From a virus (lineage: Duplodnaviria; Caudoviricetes): a stretch of 38,830 nt of DNA. Each line of letters begins with the position of its first letter. The stretch's first letter is position 1. The translations under genes were made by a program, and so were the position numbers. The DNA is taken from positions 1 through 38,830 of IMG/VR virus record IMGVR_UViG_3300046779_001797. One strand, given 5' to 3'. This document shows, in pieces, positions 1-15,973 of this stretch. A model generated the notes under the pieces. That model did no database searches and had not been told where the DNA came from. It worked only from the letters and a program-made list of their open reading frames with translations.

Positions 1-2
1 AG

Positions 3-881
3 CCAAAAATTCTTGTAACTACAACTCCAAAACGAGTACCACTTCTTTACAAGCTAATTGAAGAAGCTAACAGCGTGAAGCAGATGGGTTCAAAAGTTGT
101 TATCACCAAGGGCTCGACTCTTGATAATGCAGGTAACTTATCTGGTGCATATCTGGACACAATCATGGGTGTTTACGAAGGCACATCACTTGCTCGTCAA
201 GAACTTTATGGTGAAATGCTTGATGATGTCGAAGGCACACTATGGTCAATGGAGATGCTTGAACGTTCACGACAAGGCATTCTTCCTCCAACAGCCCCAC
301 TCCGTGTAATTGGTGTTGACCCATCGGTCGCTGAAAACCCACGAGATGAGTGTGGAATCATTGTTTGCGCTTCAACTGCAGATCGAGACCTATACAAGCG
401 TCACGCTTGGGTTCTAGAAGATGCATCAATCCTTGGTTCACCAGAAGTTTGGGCAAATAAAGTTGTTGAGATGGCTCGTCGTTGGGGTGCTCCAGTAGTT
501 GCTGAAGTAAACCAAGGTGGAGCATTGGTTCGTAACGCTATCAATGCAATTGACCCAAATATCAAAGTTTTTGAAGTTCACTCAAAGCACGGTAAGGCTC
601 TTCGAGCTGAGCCAATTGTTCTTGCATATGAGCAAGACCGTATCCACCATGTTGGATACTTGCCAGACCTCGAGTCACAGATGACTACATGGATTCCAGG
701 AGAAACAAAGAAATCTCCAGACCGTGTTGACGCACTTGTACACGCTATGACTGCATTGATGATCAAACCACCATCAGGATTTATTGGTGGGAAGCTAACT
801 GCAAAGTCTCCAGCTGCACGACGAATCCCTAACTTCCGTCAAGGTGGCGGTGGCGGTAGGGTGTTTACCCCTCGTAACTAA
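3..881 (+). CDS. terL: Terminase large subunit, C-terminal part (5' end lies outside the window)
   Basis: The frame is open from position 3 (PKILVTTTPKR, the terminase ATPase coupling motif), so the GTG at 75 is internal. Also ARQELYGE, the RNase H-like nuclease motifs VIGVDPS and AEVNQGG, GKALRAEP and SPDRVDA. Confidence 0.92.
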   Translation, partial: PKILVTTTPKRVPLLYKLIEEANSVKQMGSKVVITKGSTLDNAGNLSGAYLDTIMGVYEGTSLARQELYGEMLDDVEGTLWSMEMLERSRQGILPPTAPLRVIGVDPSVAENPRDECGIIVCASTADRDLYKRHAWVLEDASILGSPEVWANKVVEMARRWGAPVVAEVNQGGALVRNAINAIDPNIKVFEVHSKHGKALRAEPIVLAYEQDRIHHVGYLPDLESQMTTWIPGETKKSPDRVDALVHAMTALMIKPPSGFIGGKLTAKSPAARRIPNFRQGGGGGRVFTPRN

Positions 882-3481
882 GCCCTGTTGAAGTGGTTTA
901 GCGTATTCCAATCCAACTCTTGAGTCTGGACTGCACGAGGAATCAATGAGCGTCCAATAACAATAGCTCGTGAACCAGTTCCTTGAATCTCAACGTTGCG
1001 CTCAACCATCTTTCGGTGGAATGCAATCTGAGTCATTGGACGCTCTCCACGCTCTTCACACCAAGTACGGTAAACACCGTAGAGGAGTTTGATTGGAGTT
1101 TTCGCAGCCGAGTTCTCATTAGTCTCTTCTGATAAGAAGATTCCAATACGGTCCTCATTCTTGCGATAAATCTCAGCTGCCTCAGCAACTTGAGTACACC
1201 ATCCAAGTGCATCACGAGAACCAGAACCTAGAAGTTTGATTGCACCATCTACAGCCCATGAGAGAACTGCTGGAAGTGCACCTTCAGGATCAAAGATGTA
1301 AGCCTTCAAGTCTGGGTCCATAACTTCTGGGACACGAAGGAATGGAATAGGTCGGATACGACGCCACATCGCATCATCGGTGATGATAGGACGGTGGTTA
1401 GTAGAAACCCAAAGCTTTGCACGGGATTCAAATGTAAATGGTTGCTCGCCAGGAGAACGAGCAGAAATTTCAGATGAACCAGTCAAACGTTTTACAGAGT
1501 TTTCCTTGATTCGCTCCGAGTCTGGAAGCTCATCTACCCAAACCATTCGACGTCCACGCAACTGAGCCCAGTGATACATATCTGTATTTCCAGAGCTTTG
1601 CTCATTAGCTGCCAAGATACTCGAGTCTAGAGGCCACGCATATTGCTGAGTGCCAAGACACTTCACAATAGCTTCAACAAATGTGTTCTTACCAGAACCT
1701 GCTGGACCGTAAACCAAGAACATGATGTCGTACTTGTTAGAACCTGTAAGAGTGTATCCAGCTGCTTTTTGTAGCCAGTCTTGATATTCCTTATCTCCAC
1801 CAGTAGCAAAGTCAATGAACTGCTGCCAACGAACATTCGTGTGACCACGAGTGTATGAGACAGGTGCGCGACGGGTGATGTGCAAATCTGGACGACCCTT
1901 GAGAAGTTCTCCAGTGCGCAAATCAATTACACCGTTGAGGACACCAAGAAGATTCTCATCGTGGTCCCAGCGTTCAACTGCTACTTCAACACGAGGGTCT
2001 GACTTGGCACTTTCAATTGCACCCTTCATACGAGAGTTAGAGCGCGACTGGTGAGCCCACTGAATAACAGAACTTTGTTGAGTGTCTGGGTAACGAGTTA
2101 CCTCAGCAGAAATAATTGGTGGAATACGCTTTGCAAGTTCTTGAACTTCTAGATCGCCACGGTCTGGCTTCCAGTATCCATCTTTCCAAACGAACCAGCC
2201 AAGACCTTCGGTGTAGCGGATACCTGCACCAAAGACGTCAACCATACGACGACCGTTACCAGTATCTGAAAGAGAACGCTTACCCTCATCTCCACCATCT
2301 TCTGCACGAAGAGCATCTGGGTCTTTAGGTACATCAATGTTTGATAAAGATGTTGCTTGTTCGATTGAGTCGCCATCTTCAATAGATGCAGCAACCGCAC
2401 TTGAAACAAGACCAGTTCCCATAGGGAACTTAGTTGCTTCTCGAGGCATGACAACACCAGTCAGCGCTTGAGGCGCAGGTTGTGCTGCAGGCTGAGGAAG
2501 AGAAATATTTTGAGCCTTCTGCTTCATCCACTCAGCAGTTTCAGGACTCATGAATCCAATTTTTGGATTGTTAGCAACAAACTCAATTGCACGGTGAACG
2601 TGGTGAAGAAGTCCGTTAGTTCCCTCAATGTGTAGAGGTGGAGTTATTTTAGTTGCGTTGAAGCGCAACATCTCAGACTCAATCATCTGACGGCTCATTG
2701 GGTCAGTGCCGTACTTATTTGCAAGAGCGCAAGTTAGTTTGTAAACATCCACAGCACGGGAACCTTCTTGGATTCCCTCTTCCATCATCTTGCTTACATC
2801 AACTTTGTCGTACTCAATAGAGTCCCAGTTGCTTTCGTCAAGAGTGAAGCTTGACTTACGAGTTCTTTTGCGCAGAGCCTGAAGAAGTTCTTCTGGAGCC
2901 TGAGCCATTTCAATTTCCCATGGAGCATGCCCAGGGACCCACTCATAGTTCACACCAGAGAAGTGCATTGACGGAGCGATGATGACATAACCGTTGTGCT
3001 TGATGTCAACACCTGGAAGACCTAACTTATTTAGGTTTCCAATAAAAGCTTCGGAGTCATCACACTTGTAGAAAAGGTGACGTCCACGATCAGTGCGATT
3101 ACCTGATGTATATGCACCAGTGATTGCTTCAACAGTTGGAGGCAGTGCACCCTCAACGATGTCTTCAAATTTTGCAAAAGAGTCTGGTCCACCAGAACGT
3201 GGATCAATATCAATAACAAAGAAGCCAGACTTCTGGCAGTGAACGCCAATGTTGTAGTCAGGGTTGTCAGTCCACCACTTGTCAACTATTACAGAGTCGT
3301 GGGTTGATTGAATATTCCACTCATTGATGGCTGGGTGCTTGCCTACTTCTTTAGGCTCCCCGTGAGGCTTGTTACAAGTACAGCGTCCACCAACAATTCC
3401 ATGGCAAGGGAAGATGTTCCATTCCTTGGTTGGGTAGTACTTAGACGCCTTGACTAAGCGCTCGGAGGTCTCGTCGCTCAT
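878..3481 (-). CDS. Bifunctional primase-polymerase / SF3 (D5/P4-type) helicase
   Basis: N-terminal Prim-Pol motifs (IFPCHG..CTC..H, GKHP, NIG, VIDIDPR, GRHLFY, GYVIIAPS). D5_N-like region (SDTGNGRR, NGVIDLRTG). Walker A GPAGSGKNT, Walker B WVDE, STNHRP, DAMWRR. SD GGAGGT at 3485-3490. Confidence 0.93.
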   Translation of the reverse strand: MSDETSERLVKASKYYPTKEWNIFPCHGIVGGRCTCNKPHGEPKEVGKHPAINEWNIQSTHDSVIVDKWWTDNPDYNIGVHCQKSGFFVIDIDPRSGGPDSFAKFEDIVEGALPPTVEAITGAYTSGNRTDRGRHLFYKCDDSEAFIGNLNKLGLPGVDIKHNGYVIIAPSMHFSGVNYEWVPGHAPWEIEMAQAPEELLQALRKRTRKSSFTLDESNWDSIEYDKVDVSKMMEEGIQEGSRAVDVYKLTCALANKYGTDPMSRQMIESEMLRFNATKITPPLHIEGTNGLLHHVHRAIEFVANNPKIGFMSPETAEWMKQKAQNISLPQPAAQPAPQALTGVVMPREATKFPMGTGLVSSAVAASIEDGDSIEQATSLSNIDVPKDPDALRAEDGGDEGKRSLSDTGNGRRMVDVFGAGIRYTEGLGWFVWKDGYWKPDRGDLEVQELAKRIPPIISAEVTRYPDTQQSSVIQWAHQSRSNSRMKGAIESAKSDPRVEVAVERWDHDENLLGVLNGVIDLRTGELLKGRPDLHITRRAPVSYTRGHTNVRWQQFIDFATGGDKEYQDWLQKAAGYTLTGSNKYDIMFLVYGPAGSGKNTFVEAIVKCLGTQQYAWPLDSSILAANEQSSGNTDMYHWAQLRGRRMVWVDELPDSERIKENSVKRLTGSSEISARSPGEQPFTFESRAKLWVSTNHRPIITDDAMWRRIRPIPFLRVPEVMDPDLKAYIFDPEGALPAVLSWAVDGAIKLLGSGSRDALGWCTQVAEAAEIYRKNEDRIGIFLSEETNENSAAKTPIKLLYGVYRTWCEERGERPMTQIAFHRKMVERNVEIQGTGSRAIVIGRSLIPRAVQTQELDWNTLNHFNRA

Positions 3482-3508
3482 ATAACCTCCGTCGTCTTCA
3501 TGAGAACT

Positions 3509-3537
3509 AAACTATCTCGACTCTACGATAGAGTCAA
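3509..3537 (-). promoter_or_regulatory. Sigma70/SigA-type promoter of the primase-helicase, with a palindrome in its spacer
   Basis: On the - strand: TTGACT (3537-3532), a 17-nt spacer, then TAGTTT (3514-3509). The inverted repeat GACTCTA-cga-TAGAGTC is at 3519-3535. Confidence 0.6.
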
Positions 3538-3672
3538 GTCTTATTTTGAATGTCTTTTTCAAGACTTCCACTATACATCTCTGCTGCTGATTTTACGCAA
3601 ATAGCCGAGGAACTTCTAATATAAACTAATACCTATACCTCAAGACAACTAGATGCACTAGTTAGGACCATC

Positions 3673-4065
3673 TTGTTTACTATCCTCGCGGCTTCTTGGT
3701 GGGAGCCTGGCACGCCAAACACCCTTGACATTGGCGACGTCTCAGCAATGTTGATGTTCCTAATTGCTCTTACAGGAGCCTTTTTTGGGGTTACTAGATT
3801 CTGGCTCAAGCTACTTAGAAAAATTATCCGTGAGGAAGTTGGAGAAGCAACTAAGCCAATCCACCCTGCCGCTAATGGGGGACTCAGTTTAGCAGACGTG
3901 GCTCGCAAAACCAACAAGCTAGAGACTCAGCTGGATGAACTTGCTGTGAGCCAAAAAGAGACTAAAGATCTGCTTATCAAGTTCTTGGCTAAGTCGGTGG
4001 CAATCCCTGACACCATCCCTGAAGAAGTTGTAGTAAAACCTAAAAGAGGCAGAAAAACCTCTTAG
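3673..4065 (+). CDS. Single-pass membrane protein with coiled coil (actinophage lysis-cassette/holin-like)
   Basis: Hydrophobic segment VSAMLMFLIALTGAFFGV, an NGGLSLAD motif followed by heptads, and a basic C-terminus. AGGA lies upstream of the TTG start. Confidence 0.55.
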   Translation: MFTILAASWWEPGTPNTLDIGDVSAMLMFLIALTGAFFGVTRFWLKLLRKIIREEVGEATKPIHPAANGGLSLADVARKTNKLETQLDELAVSQKETKDLLIKFLAKSVAIPDTIPEEVVVKPKRGRKTS

Positions 4066-4217
4066 CGTCCAATTCTAGAGACACTTTTATTTATAACATC
4101 TTTTGGCGTGTCGCTATCTTCCTGAAGCCCTTCCTGTTAGTCTTCAACGTGGGGTAACTGTAAACCTTAGAGATAGGTTCTCGGTTTCCTTTCAGTTCAA
4201 CTAACAGGGAGAACACG

Positions 4218-4496
4218 TTGAGTCTAGCAGAGAAGCTAAAGACCACCCAGCGTTCACAAACGGGCTTACCTTGCGGTGTAGGAAAGCTACTGAGTGAGCT
4301 ATCTGGTGATGATAAAGAAGCCCTAGAGATTGTATTTTCTACCCCCTCTAGACGAGGAACGATTTCAAACGTTCAAATTCATAAAATTTTATTGAGTGAA
4401 AATTACGATGTCTCTTTTGCCTCTGTCCGACTGCATAGGCAAAAAATCTGCCGTTGCTATGTTGGTCAGAATAACCTACAACGTCAGGAAGCCTAA
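4218..4496 (+). CDS. Small hypothetical protein, probable Zn-binding/HTH-like
   Basis: SD AGGGAG at 4206-4211. It has an N-terminal Cys and a C-terminal HRQKICRC. Its stop overlaps the next start (TAATG). Confidence 0.65.
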   Translation: MSLAEKLKTTQRSQTGLPCGVGKLLSELSGDDKEALEIVFSTPSRRGTISNVQIHKILLSENYDVSFASVRLHRQKICRCYVGQNNLQRQEA

Positions 4497-5698
4497 TGTC
4501 AGAGCTAACAGAGAAGCTACTGGCTTCCCTCTCCTCCCCAGGTCCTAACGGGTCTGATAGAAAATCAGTCGATACGCCAGAGGCATATCGAGCTCGCTTA
4601 GAGGTAGACAGTAAGAACGGTGGGTTTCTACAATCTAAAGCTCGTCCAGCGTCAGAAATGCCAGACTCTGCTGCCCTATTGGAGGATTTCAATCTAGATC
4701 CTAAAGAGTGGAGCATCACCAATGTTAGAAAGTCTCAGTGGCAGACTTACTCAGGGGATACCCTTGAATCTCAGCGAATTTCAATCGTTCCTGTAGATAA
4801 AGGAACTATCAGCGATACAGACCTAGAAAAGCTTCTCCAAGAAGTATCTAAATGGAGACCATCTAAATCTGAGAAAAAAGTATCTGGAGAGCTTGCCTAT
4901 GTTTTTGCCCCTAGCGATCAGCAGATTGGTAAGAAGCAGGGCGATGATGGTACAAAGGGAACTATAGACAGACTTCTAGAGCTCACCAATGGCGGGGTTG
5001 AGCGACTTCGAGAGCTCCGTAAGATTGGTAGAAGCATTGGAACAGTAGTTCTACCGCTTCCAGGAGACCACGTTGAGGGAAACACATCTCAAGCTGGTCG
5101 TTTACAGGGTCTTGCAGCATCTGACTTAGGACTAACAGAGCAAACTCGAGTAGCAAGACGTCTACTTATGGCTCAAATCAAGGCTTTTGCTCCGCTAGCA
5201 GACAGAATTGTTGTTCCAGTAGTAAATGGTAATCACGATGAAGTCACTCGTCAGGTTTCTGCTGACCCATCAGATGGTTGGAACGTAGAGATTGCCTCGG
5301 CAGTGCAGGATGCCTGTGCAGAGAACGAGTTACTATCGCACGTTGAGTTCCGCTTTCCTGAGAAATCTCACCAAACATTGGCAGTAGATATCTGTGGAAC
5401 CATGCTTGGTCTGTTTCATGGTCACCAAGCTCGAGACCCGCTGAAGTATTTATCAGGTCAAGCAGCAGGACAAACAGCACTAGGAATGTGTGATGTTTGG
5501 ATATCTGGGCACTTCCACAACTTCAAAACTATGGATATTGGCGAGCGCCTATGGCTTCAATGCCCAACGGTTGATCCAGGCAGCGCGTGGTTCCGTGACC
5601 GTGCTGGACTGGAGTCTCTGCCAGGAATTTTGACCATGGTTATCGGGGAAGGTCATAACCCACGAAGGGATATTAGCGTGCTTTCATTAGCTCGCTAA
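4496..5698 (+). CDS. Calcineurin-like metallophosphoesterase (Mre11/SbcD-like fold)
   Basis: Motifs SDQQIG, GDHVEG, GNHD, HGH and GHFH occur in canonical order. Confidence 0.85.
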   Translation: MSELTEKLLASLSSPGPNGSDRKSVDTPEAYRARLEVDSKNGGFLQSKARPASEMPDSAALLEDFNLDPKEWSITNVRKSQWQTYSGDTLESQRISIVPVDKGTISDTDLEKLLQEVSKWRPSKSEKKVSGELAYVFAPSDQQIGKKQGDDGTKGTIDRLLELTNGGVERLRELRKIGRSIGTVVLPLPGDHVEGNTSQAGRLQGLAASDLGLTEQTRVARRLLMAQIKAFAPLADRIVVPVVNGNHDEVTRQVSADPSDGWNVEIASAVQDACAENELLSHVEFRFPEKSHQTLAVDICGTMLGLFHGHQARDPLKYLSGQAAGQTALGMCDVWISGHFHNFKTMDIGERLWLQCPTVDPGSAWFRDRAGLESLPGILTMVIGEGHNPRRDISVLSLAR

Positions 5699-5732
5699 GG
5701 CTAATTTTCAGATAGGCATGAGCGAAACCGCG

Positions 5733-5779
5733 TACAATAAGAATCAATCTGGAGATTTGCTGCCCTGTGCAAATCACCA
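5733..5779 (+). promoter_or_regulatory. Putative -10 element and leader hairpin upstream of the fibre gene block
   Basis: TACAAT at 5733-5738. Hairpin GATTTGC(5754-5760)/GCAAATC(5769-5775), extendable to 5750-5779 with one mismatch. Confidence 0.4.
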
Positions 5780-5809
5780 CATACGCCACTTAGACCTGGA
5801 GTGCCGCCC

Positions 5810-11560
<5,751 letters not shown>

Positions 11561-11585
11561 TAGATAAGAAGAGGAGGTAACTAAC

Positions 11586-12287
11586 GTGCCAGCGATTGAC
11601 TTTCCGCTAAACCCAACAGTGGGTCAGGAATACACCAATGGAATCCAGACCTATGTATGGAACGGAACCTCTTGGCGTCTAGTTAGAACAAGTGCGCAGG
11701 GACCAACTGGACCGACTGGACCAGCAGGTCTTGACTCAACAGCGATTGGTGCTACAGGACCAACTGGACCCGCAGGCGCTACTGGCCCTACTGGGCCAGA
11801 CGGTTTTCCTTCTGACGTTCCGGGACCTACAGGACCAACTGGTCCAACAGGGTCTTTTGCTATTGAACCTTGGACTACCTATACACCTACTCTCTACGGA
11901 AGTATCACAAACCCAACTATCGGTAACGGTGTAGTTAGTGGTCGTTTCACCTATGTTGGTGCAACTATTTTTGGCGAGATTCGAATTCAAGCAGGAACTA
12001 CTGGATTCAACCGAGGTGCTGGTACATACTCAATCAGTCTTCCAGCACTTGGAGTTATTGAGAATTATCAACCAGTTGGTCAGGTGGTTATGCGTGACGA
12101 AGGTCCAGGTATTACATATTTTGGTACTGCAATTTTCAATAACAACAATGGAAATCGTATAGAGCTATTTATGCATTCTCAGGTATCAACATTTGATGAA
12201 GGTGTTGCAGTAACCGCGGATACTCCATTCTTGTTTAGCTCAAACGACAAAATCCTTATTCAATTTACATACGAGTCAGCACTGTAG
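11586..12287 (+). CDS. Short collagen-like fibre protein (AIDFP N-domain, C-terminal YTP domain)
   Basis: Strong SD GAGGAGGT. N-terminus MPAIDFP...TYVWNGTSW, then GPT repeats and a C-domain similar to that of the 5810 protein. Confidence 0.8.
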   Translation: MPAIDFPLNPTVGQEYTNGIQTYVWNGTSWRLVRTSAQGPTGPTGPAGLDSTAIGATGPTGPAGATGPTGPDGFPSDVPGPTGPTGPTGSFAIEPWTTYTPTLYGSITNPTIGNGVVSGRFTYVGATIFGEIRIQAGTTGFNRGAGTYSISLPALGVIENYQPVGQVVMRDEGPGITYFGTAIFNNNNGNRIELFMHSQVSTFDEGVAVTADTPFLFSSNDKILIQFTYESAL

Positions 12288-12300
12288 TTAGGAGAGACAA

Positions 12301-14181
12301 ATGGCAGCTATTGATTTTCCTAACTCCCCACAAGTAAATGATTTATTTACTTCTGGATTTCAAACATGGATTTGGAGTGGCACTTCTTGGGATCTAGTTA
12401 TCTCGGAGGTAGTAGGTCCAACTGGACCAACTGGTGCTACTGGTGCCGCGTCTACGGTTACTGGACCAACTGGTGCAAAAGGAACGTTTTTACTTGCAGC
12501 TGATACACCTCCAACTGGTGCAGCTGAAGGTGACACTTGGTTCAACACAGCAACTGGAAAAATTTATGCCTACTATGACAGCTACTGGGTTGAGACTGCT
12601 TCAAGCCTAAGTGGAAGTGAAGGACCTACTGGTCCAACTGGTCCTCAAGGTGAGGCATCGACAGTTGCGGGTCCTACAGGATCTACTGGACCAACTGGTG
12701 CTACTGGTCCGCAAGGAAATACTGGACCAACTGGAGCAAAAGGTTTAGACGTAACTGGACCTACTGGATCTCAGGGGCCAACAGGACCATTAGGTCCAAC
12801 TGGTGCTGAGGGTGAACGCGGCCCTATTGGAGCAACTGGCCCTATTGGGGCAACTGGTCCTACTGGTGCACCAGGAGAAATTGGTCCTACAGGATCTCAG
12901 GGAAATGCTGGACCAACAGGCCCAACGGGTCCTCGTGGTTTTGGTGGTCCAACTGGACCTGTAGGTGCAACTGGACCTTCTGTAACTGGTGCAACAGGTG
13001 CAACTGGAGCCACTGGTGCTACAGGCCCAGCAGGTGGACCTGTCGGTCCCACTGGAGCCACTGGGCCTACAGGACCAACTGGTGCAGATGGTGCAGCTGG
13101 TCTTCGTGGTGCTACTGGTGCTACTGGTGCAACGGGAGCTGCTTCTAACCTTCCAGGACCAACAGGACCTACAGGACCTACTGGTGCTACTGGAGCTGCT
13201 AGCAATGTAACTGGTCCTACTGGTCCAACAGGTGCGACTGGTGCTACAGGTTCTGGCGCAACTGGCCCAACGGGCGCAAGCTTTGTGGGTGTAACTTCTA
13301 CAAGTACCTTGGCTATAACTCTCGGAACAATCAATTTTATTGTAAATAAAGTAGATGCGTTTGCTGCTGGAGCTAGAGCTAGACTTGCAAGTTCTACCTT
13401 CCCTCAAGATTACATGGAAGGTGTTATCACCAACATCAATGTCACTACAGTGACATTGGCAGTAGATAAAATCAATGGTGACGGTAATACTTACTCTTCA
13501 TGGAATTTACTATTAGGTTCTGGTGAGATTGGACCTACAGGTCCTACTGGCCCTCAAGGTGCATCAATCAAGTTCAAAGGAACTGTTGCAAATGACACCC
13601 AGCTTCCAGCCACTGGTAATCAAATCAATGATGCTTATGTTGTAACCACAACGGGAGACCTCTGGGTTTGGAGTGGTTCTGTTTGGCAGAATACAGGACG
13701 TATTCAAGGCCCTACAGGACCTACAGGCTCTACTGGTGCAACTGGCCCTGCGGTTACAGGACCTACAGGTGCAGCATCTACGGTTCCAGGTCCAACTGGC
13801 CCAACTGGTGGTTCTGGTCCGACAGGTCCTTCTGGACCTACAGGCCCTACTGGTCCAGCCTTCTACAACCTTGTTGGTCCTCAGTACTTGCAATCAGTTG
13901 TTTTGAGTGCTCAAGATAAGGCTTCTATTGTAAAGATCAATAGCTCTTCTACAACAGTAGTTACTGTTCCATTAGATGGGACAAATGACTACACCTTTGA
14001 TACTGGAACTCAGATTGTGCTCACCCAGCTTGGTACTGGAGTTTTCTCCGTTACTGGAGCTGCTGGAGTTAGCGTTCTTTCTGAAGGTAATCGATTTACA
14101 AGTAAGAGTAGATATGCAGTTGCATCTTTGATCAAGCTAGGTGCAAACTCTTGGCTGTTGAGCGGAAACCTACAGGCATAA
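12301..14181 (+). CDS. Collagen-like fibre protein (626 aa)
   Basis: [17 protein letters not shown]-domain, long G-X-T tracts and a C-terminal domain (Q.GTG...GAAGV...W.L.G.L) shared with the 29610 protein. Confidence 0.85.
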   Translation: MAAIDFPNSPQVNDLFTSGFQTWIWSGTSWDLVISEVVGPTGPTGATGAASTVTGPTGAKGTFLLAADTPPTGAAEGDTWFNTATGKIYAYYDSYWVETASSLSGSEGPTGPTGPQGEASTVAGPTGSTGPTGATGPQGNTGPTGAKGLDVTGPTGSQGPTGPLGPTGAEGERGPIGATGPIGATGPTGAPGEIGPTGSQGNAGPTGPTGPRGFGGPTGPVGATGPSVTGATGATGATGATGPAGGPVGPTGATGPTGPTGADGAAGLRGATGATGATGAASNLPGPTGPTGPTGATGAASNVTGPTGPTGATGATGSGATGPTGASFVGVTSTSTLAITLGTINFIVNKVDAFAAGARARLASSTFPQDYMEGVITNINVTTVTLAVDKINGDGNTYSSWNLLLGSGEIGPTGPTGPQGASIKFKGTVANDTQLPATGNQINDAYVVTTTGDLWVWSGSVWQNTGRIQGPTGPTGSTGATGPAVTGPTGAASTVPGPTGPTGGSGPTGPSGPTGPTGPAFYNLVGPQYLQSVVLSAQDKASIVKINSSSTTVVTVPLDGTNDYTFDTGTQIVLTQLGTGVFSVTGAAGVSVLSEGNRFTSKSRYAVASLIKLGANSWLLSGNLQA

Positions 14182-14182
14182 A

Positions 14183-15100
14183 ATGCTAATCGCTACCCAT
14201 GCAATGCATGCGACACTACCAGTTGCTTTTATGCCTGTTACTTGGACTCAAGTAACAAGCACAACTTTTGGCACCTCTAATATCAATGCCATTGCCTATA
14301 ACGGCGCTGGTCTATTTGTTGCTGTTGGTAGTTCAGGAAAAATTGCTACATCTCCAAACATGATTGATTGGACTCAAAGGACATCTCCTTTTTCTGGTAG
14401 CAATATTTATGCTGTTTCATATGGTGATGGTCAATTTATTGCATCTGGTAGTTCTGGAAAACTAGCTACTTCACCAGATGGAATTACATGGACTTTACAA
14501 AATTCATCTTTTGGAGCAAGTGCAATTCTAGGATTGACTTATGCTGAATCGGCATCCCTTTGGGTAGCCGTGGGGGCTTCAGGCAAGCTTGCTACATCTC
14601 TAGATGGAATTGATTGGATTCAGCGCCTATCTTCATTTAGTACTAGCTACATAAATGGAATCTGGTCAACTTCAACCACAATTGTGGCGGTGGGTTATGA
14701 TGGAAAGCTAGCTACATCAACAAATGGTCTTACATGGACTCAGAGAAGTTCGTCTTTTGTTACAAGTACTATTTTTGCTGTTTCAGCCAATTCTTCAGGT
14801 AGTAAATTCATAGCCGTTGGAGATTCTGGAAAGATTGCAACTTCAACTAATGGAACTACTTGGACTCAAATTTTCCCTATTTCTTCTTTTGGTGGATCTC
14901 AAATTAGAGCAGTATCTGCAAACACTGAGACGTACTTAGCTGGTGGTACAGCTGGAAAAATTGGAACATCTAATGACTCAATAACTTGGATTCAACGCGT
15001 CTCTGGGTTTGGAACAAGTAACGTCAACGGTATCTATATGGATACTAATAGAGCCATTGCTGTAGGTAATGGTGGAAAGATCGCATACGCGGGAGGCTAA
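14183..15100 (+). CDS. 7-bladed beta-propeller (BNR/Asp-box-like) virion protein
   Basis: Seven ~42-aa repeats of the form WTQRxSxF.xS.I.A....FVAVGxSGKxATSxDG. Confidence 0.8.
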   Translation: MLIATHAMHATLPVAFMPVTWTQVTSTTFGTSNINAIAYNGAGLFVAVGSSGKIATSPNMIDWTQRTSPFSGSNIYAVSYGDGQFIASGSSGKLATSPDGITWTLQNSSFGASAILGLTYAESASLWVAVGASGKLATSLDGIDWIQRLSSFSTSYINGIWSTSTTIVAVGYDGKLATSTNGLTWTQRSSSFVTSTIFAVSANSSGSKFIAVGDSGKIATSTNGTTWTQIFPISSFGGSQIRAVSANTETYLAGGTAGKIGTSNDSITWIQRVSGFGTSNVNGIYMDTNRAIAVGNGGKIAYAGG

Positions 15101-15105
15101 CAGCA

Positions 15106-15270
15106 ATGTTTTCATATGTCATCATAGAACAAGGACCAATGGTCCAAATACTTCACGGAACAAACGTAATCGACGAGAGTGGCCCATGGGAGTCACTGAG
15201 CTCAGCCATTGCTTGGGCTGAAGCTTTTGTCGGAATGAAGAACGCTGGCCTTAGCGAGCCAAACTCTTAG
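15106..15270 (+). CDS. Small hypothetical protein, 54 aa (not in the supplied ORF track)
   Basis: ATG 15106 with GGGAGG at 15091-15096. It translates as MFSYVIIEQGPMVQILHGTNVIDESGPWESLSSAIAWAEAFVGMKNAGLSEPNS* and fills the intergenic gap. Confidence 0.7.
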   Translation: MFSYVIIEQGPMVQILHGTNVIDESGPWESLSSAIAWAEAFVGMKNAGLSEPNS

Positions 15271-15322
15271 ATAGTAATTTCCAAAGTAGAATAGATAGTT
15301 AGAGCAGAGAGGACGGGACATA

Positions 15323-15973
15323 GTGGCAGCGATTGATTTCCCTACCCCAGTTGTCATAGGTGAAGAATTCACCTCTGGCGGTCAGACTTGGGTTTGGACT
15401 GGCACAGTTTGGGAAAACAAGCGTGTAACCCCTACTGGTCCTCAAGGTCCTCAAGGTATCCAAGGTCCAACTGGTGCAACTGGCCCTCAAGGTCCAACTG
15501 GTGTTCAAGGTATTGCAGGTCCTACAGGTCCTGTTTCTGATGTTGCTGGTCCGCAAGGCCCTATTGGTCCTACAGGTCCTCAAGGTCCTACTGGTCCACA
15601 AGGATTACAAGGAGAGCAAGGCCCTCGTGGTTTTACTGGTCCTACTGGTGCAGATTCAAATGTTACTGGTCCTCAGGGTCCAACAGGTCCTCGTGGTGTT
15701 ACAGGTCCAACAGGTCCAACAGGTGCACAGTCTGAAGTTCCAGGACCAACAGGACCAACTGGTCCCGTAGGTAAGTTCACAGCTAGTCCTACGCAACCTG
15801 ATCTTCTAACTGCTGTAAATGGTGATGCTTGGTTCAACACCAATACAGCAATTACATATGTTTTCTACAACGGAGTATTTATTCAAACTCAGGGTGGTTC
15901 CACAGGCCCTGTCGGTGCAACTGGAGCCGTCGGGTCCCTAGCTGTATCTACATCATGGTGGATGGGAAGCTAA
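15323..15973 (+). CDS. Short collagen-like fibre protein (AIDFP N-domain)
   Basis: MAAIDFP...[15 protein letters not shown] tract and a GDAWFNT module. A TAGAAT -10-like hexamer lies at 15287-15292. Confidence 0.8.
   Translation: MAAIDFPTPVVIGEEFTSGGQTWVWTGTVWENKRVTPTGPQGPQGIQGPTGATGPQGPTGVQGIAGPTGPVSDVAGPQGPIGPTGPQGPTGPQGLQGEQGPRGFTGPTGADSNVTGPQGPTGPRGVTGPTGPTGAQSEVPGPTGPTGPVGKFTASPTQPDLLTAVNGDAWFNTNTAITYVFYNGVFIQTQGGSTGPVGATGAVGSLAVSTSWWMGS

Noticed and set aside
4066-4217. Possible tRNA in the structured intergenic region
   Set aside because: No cloverleaf with a proper T-arm, D-arm and acceptor stem could be built. It is reported as a leader structure instead.
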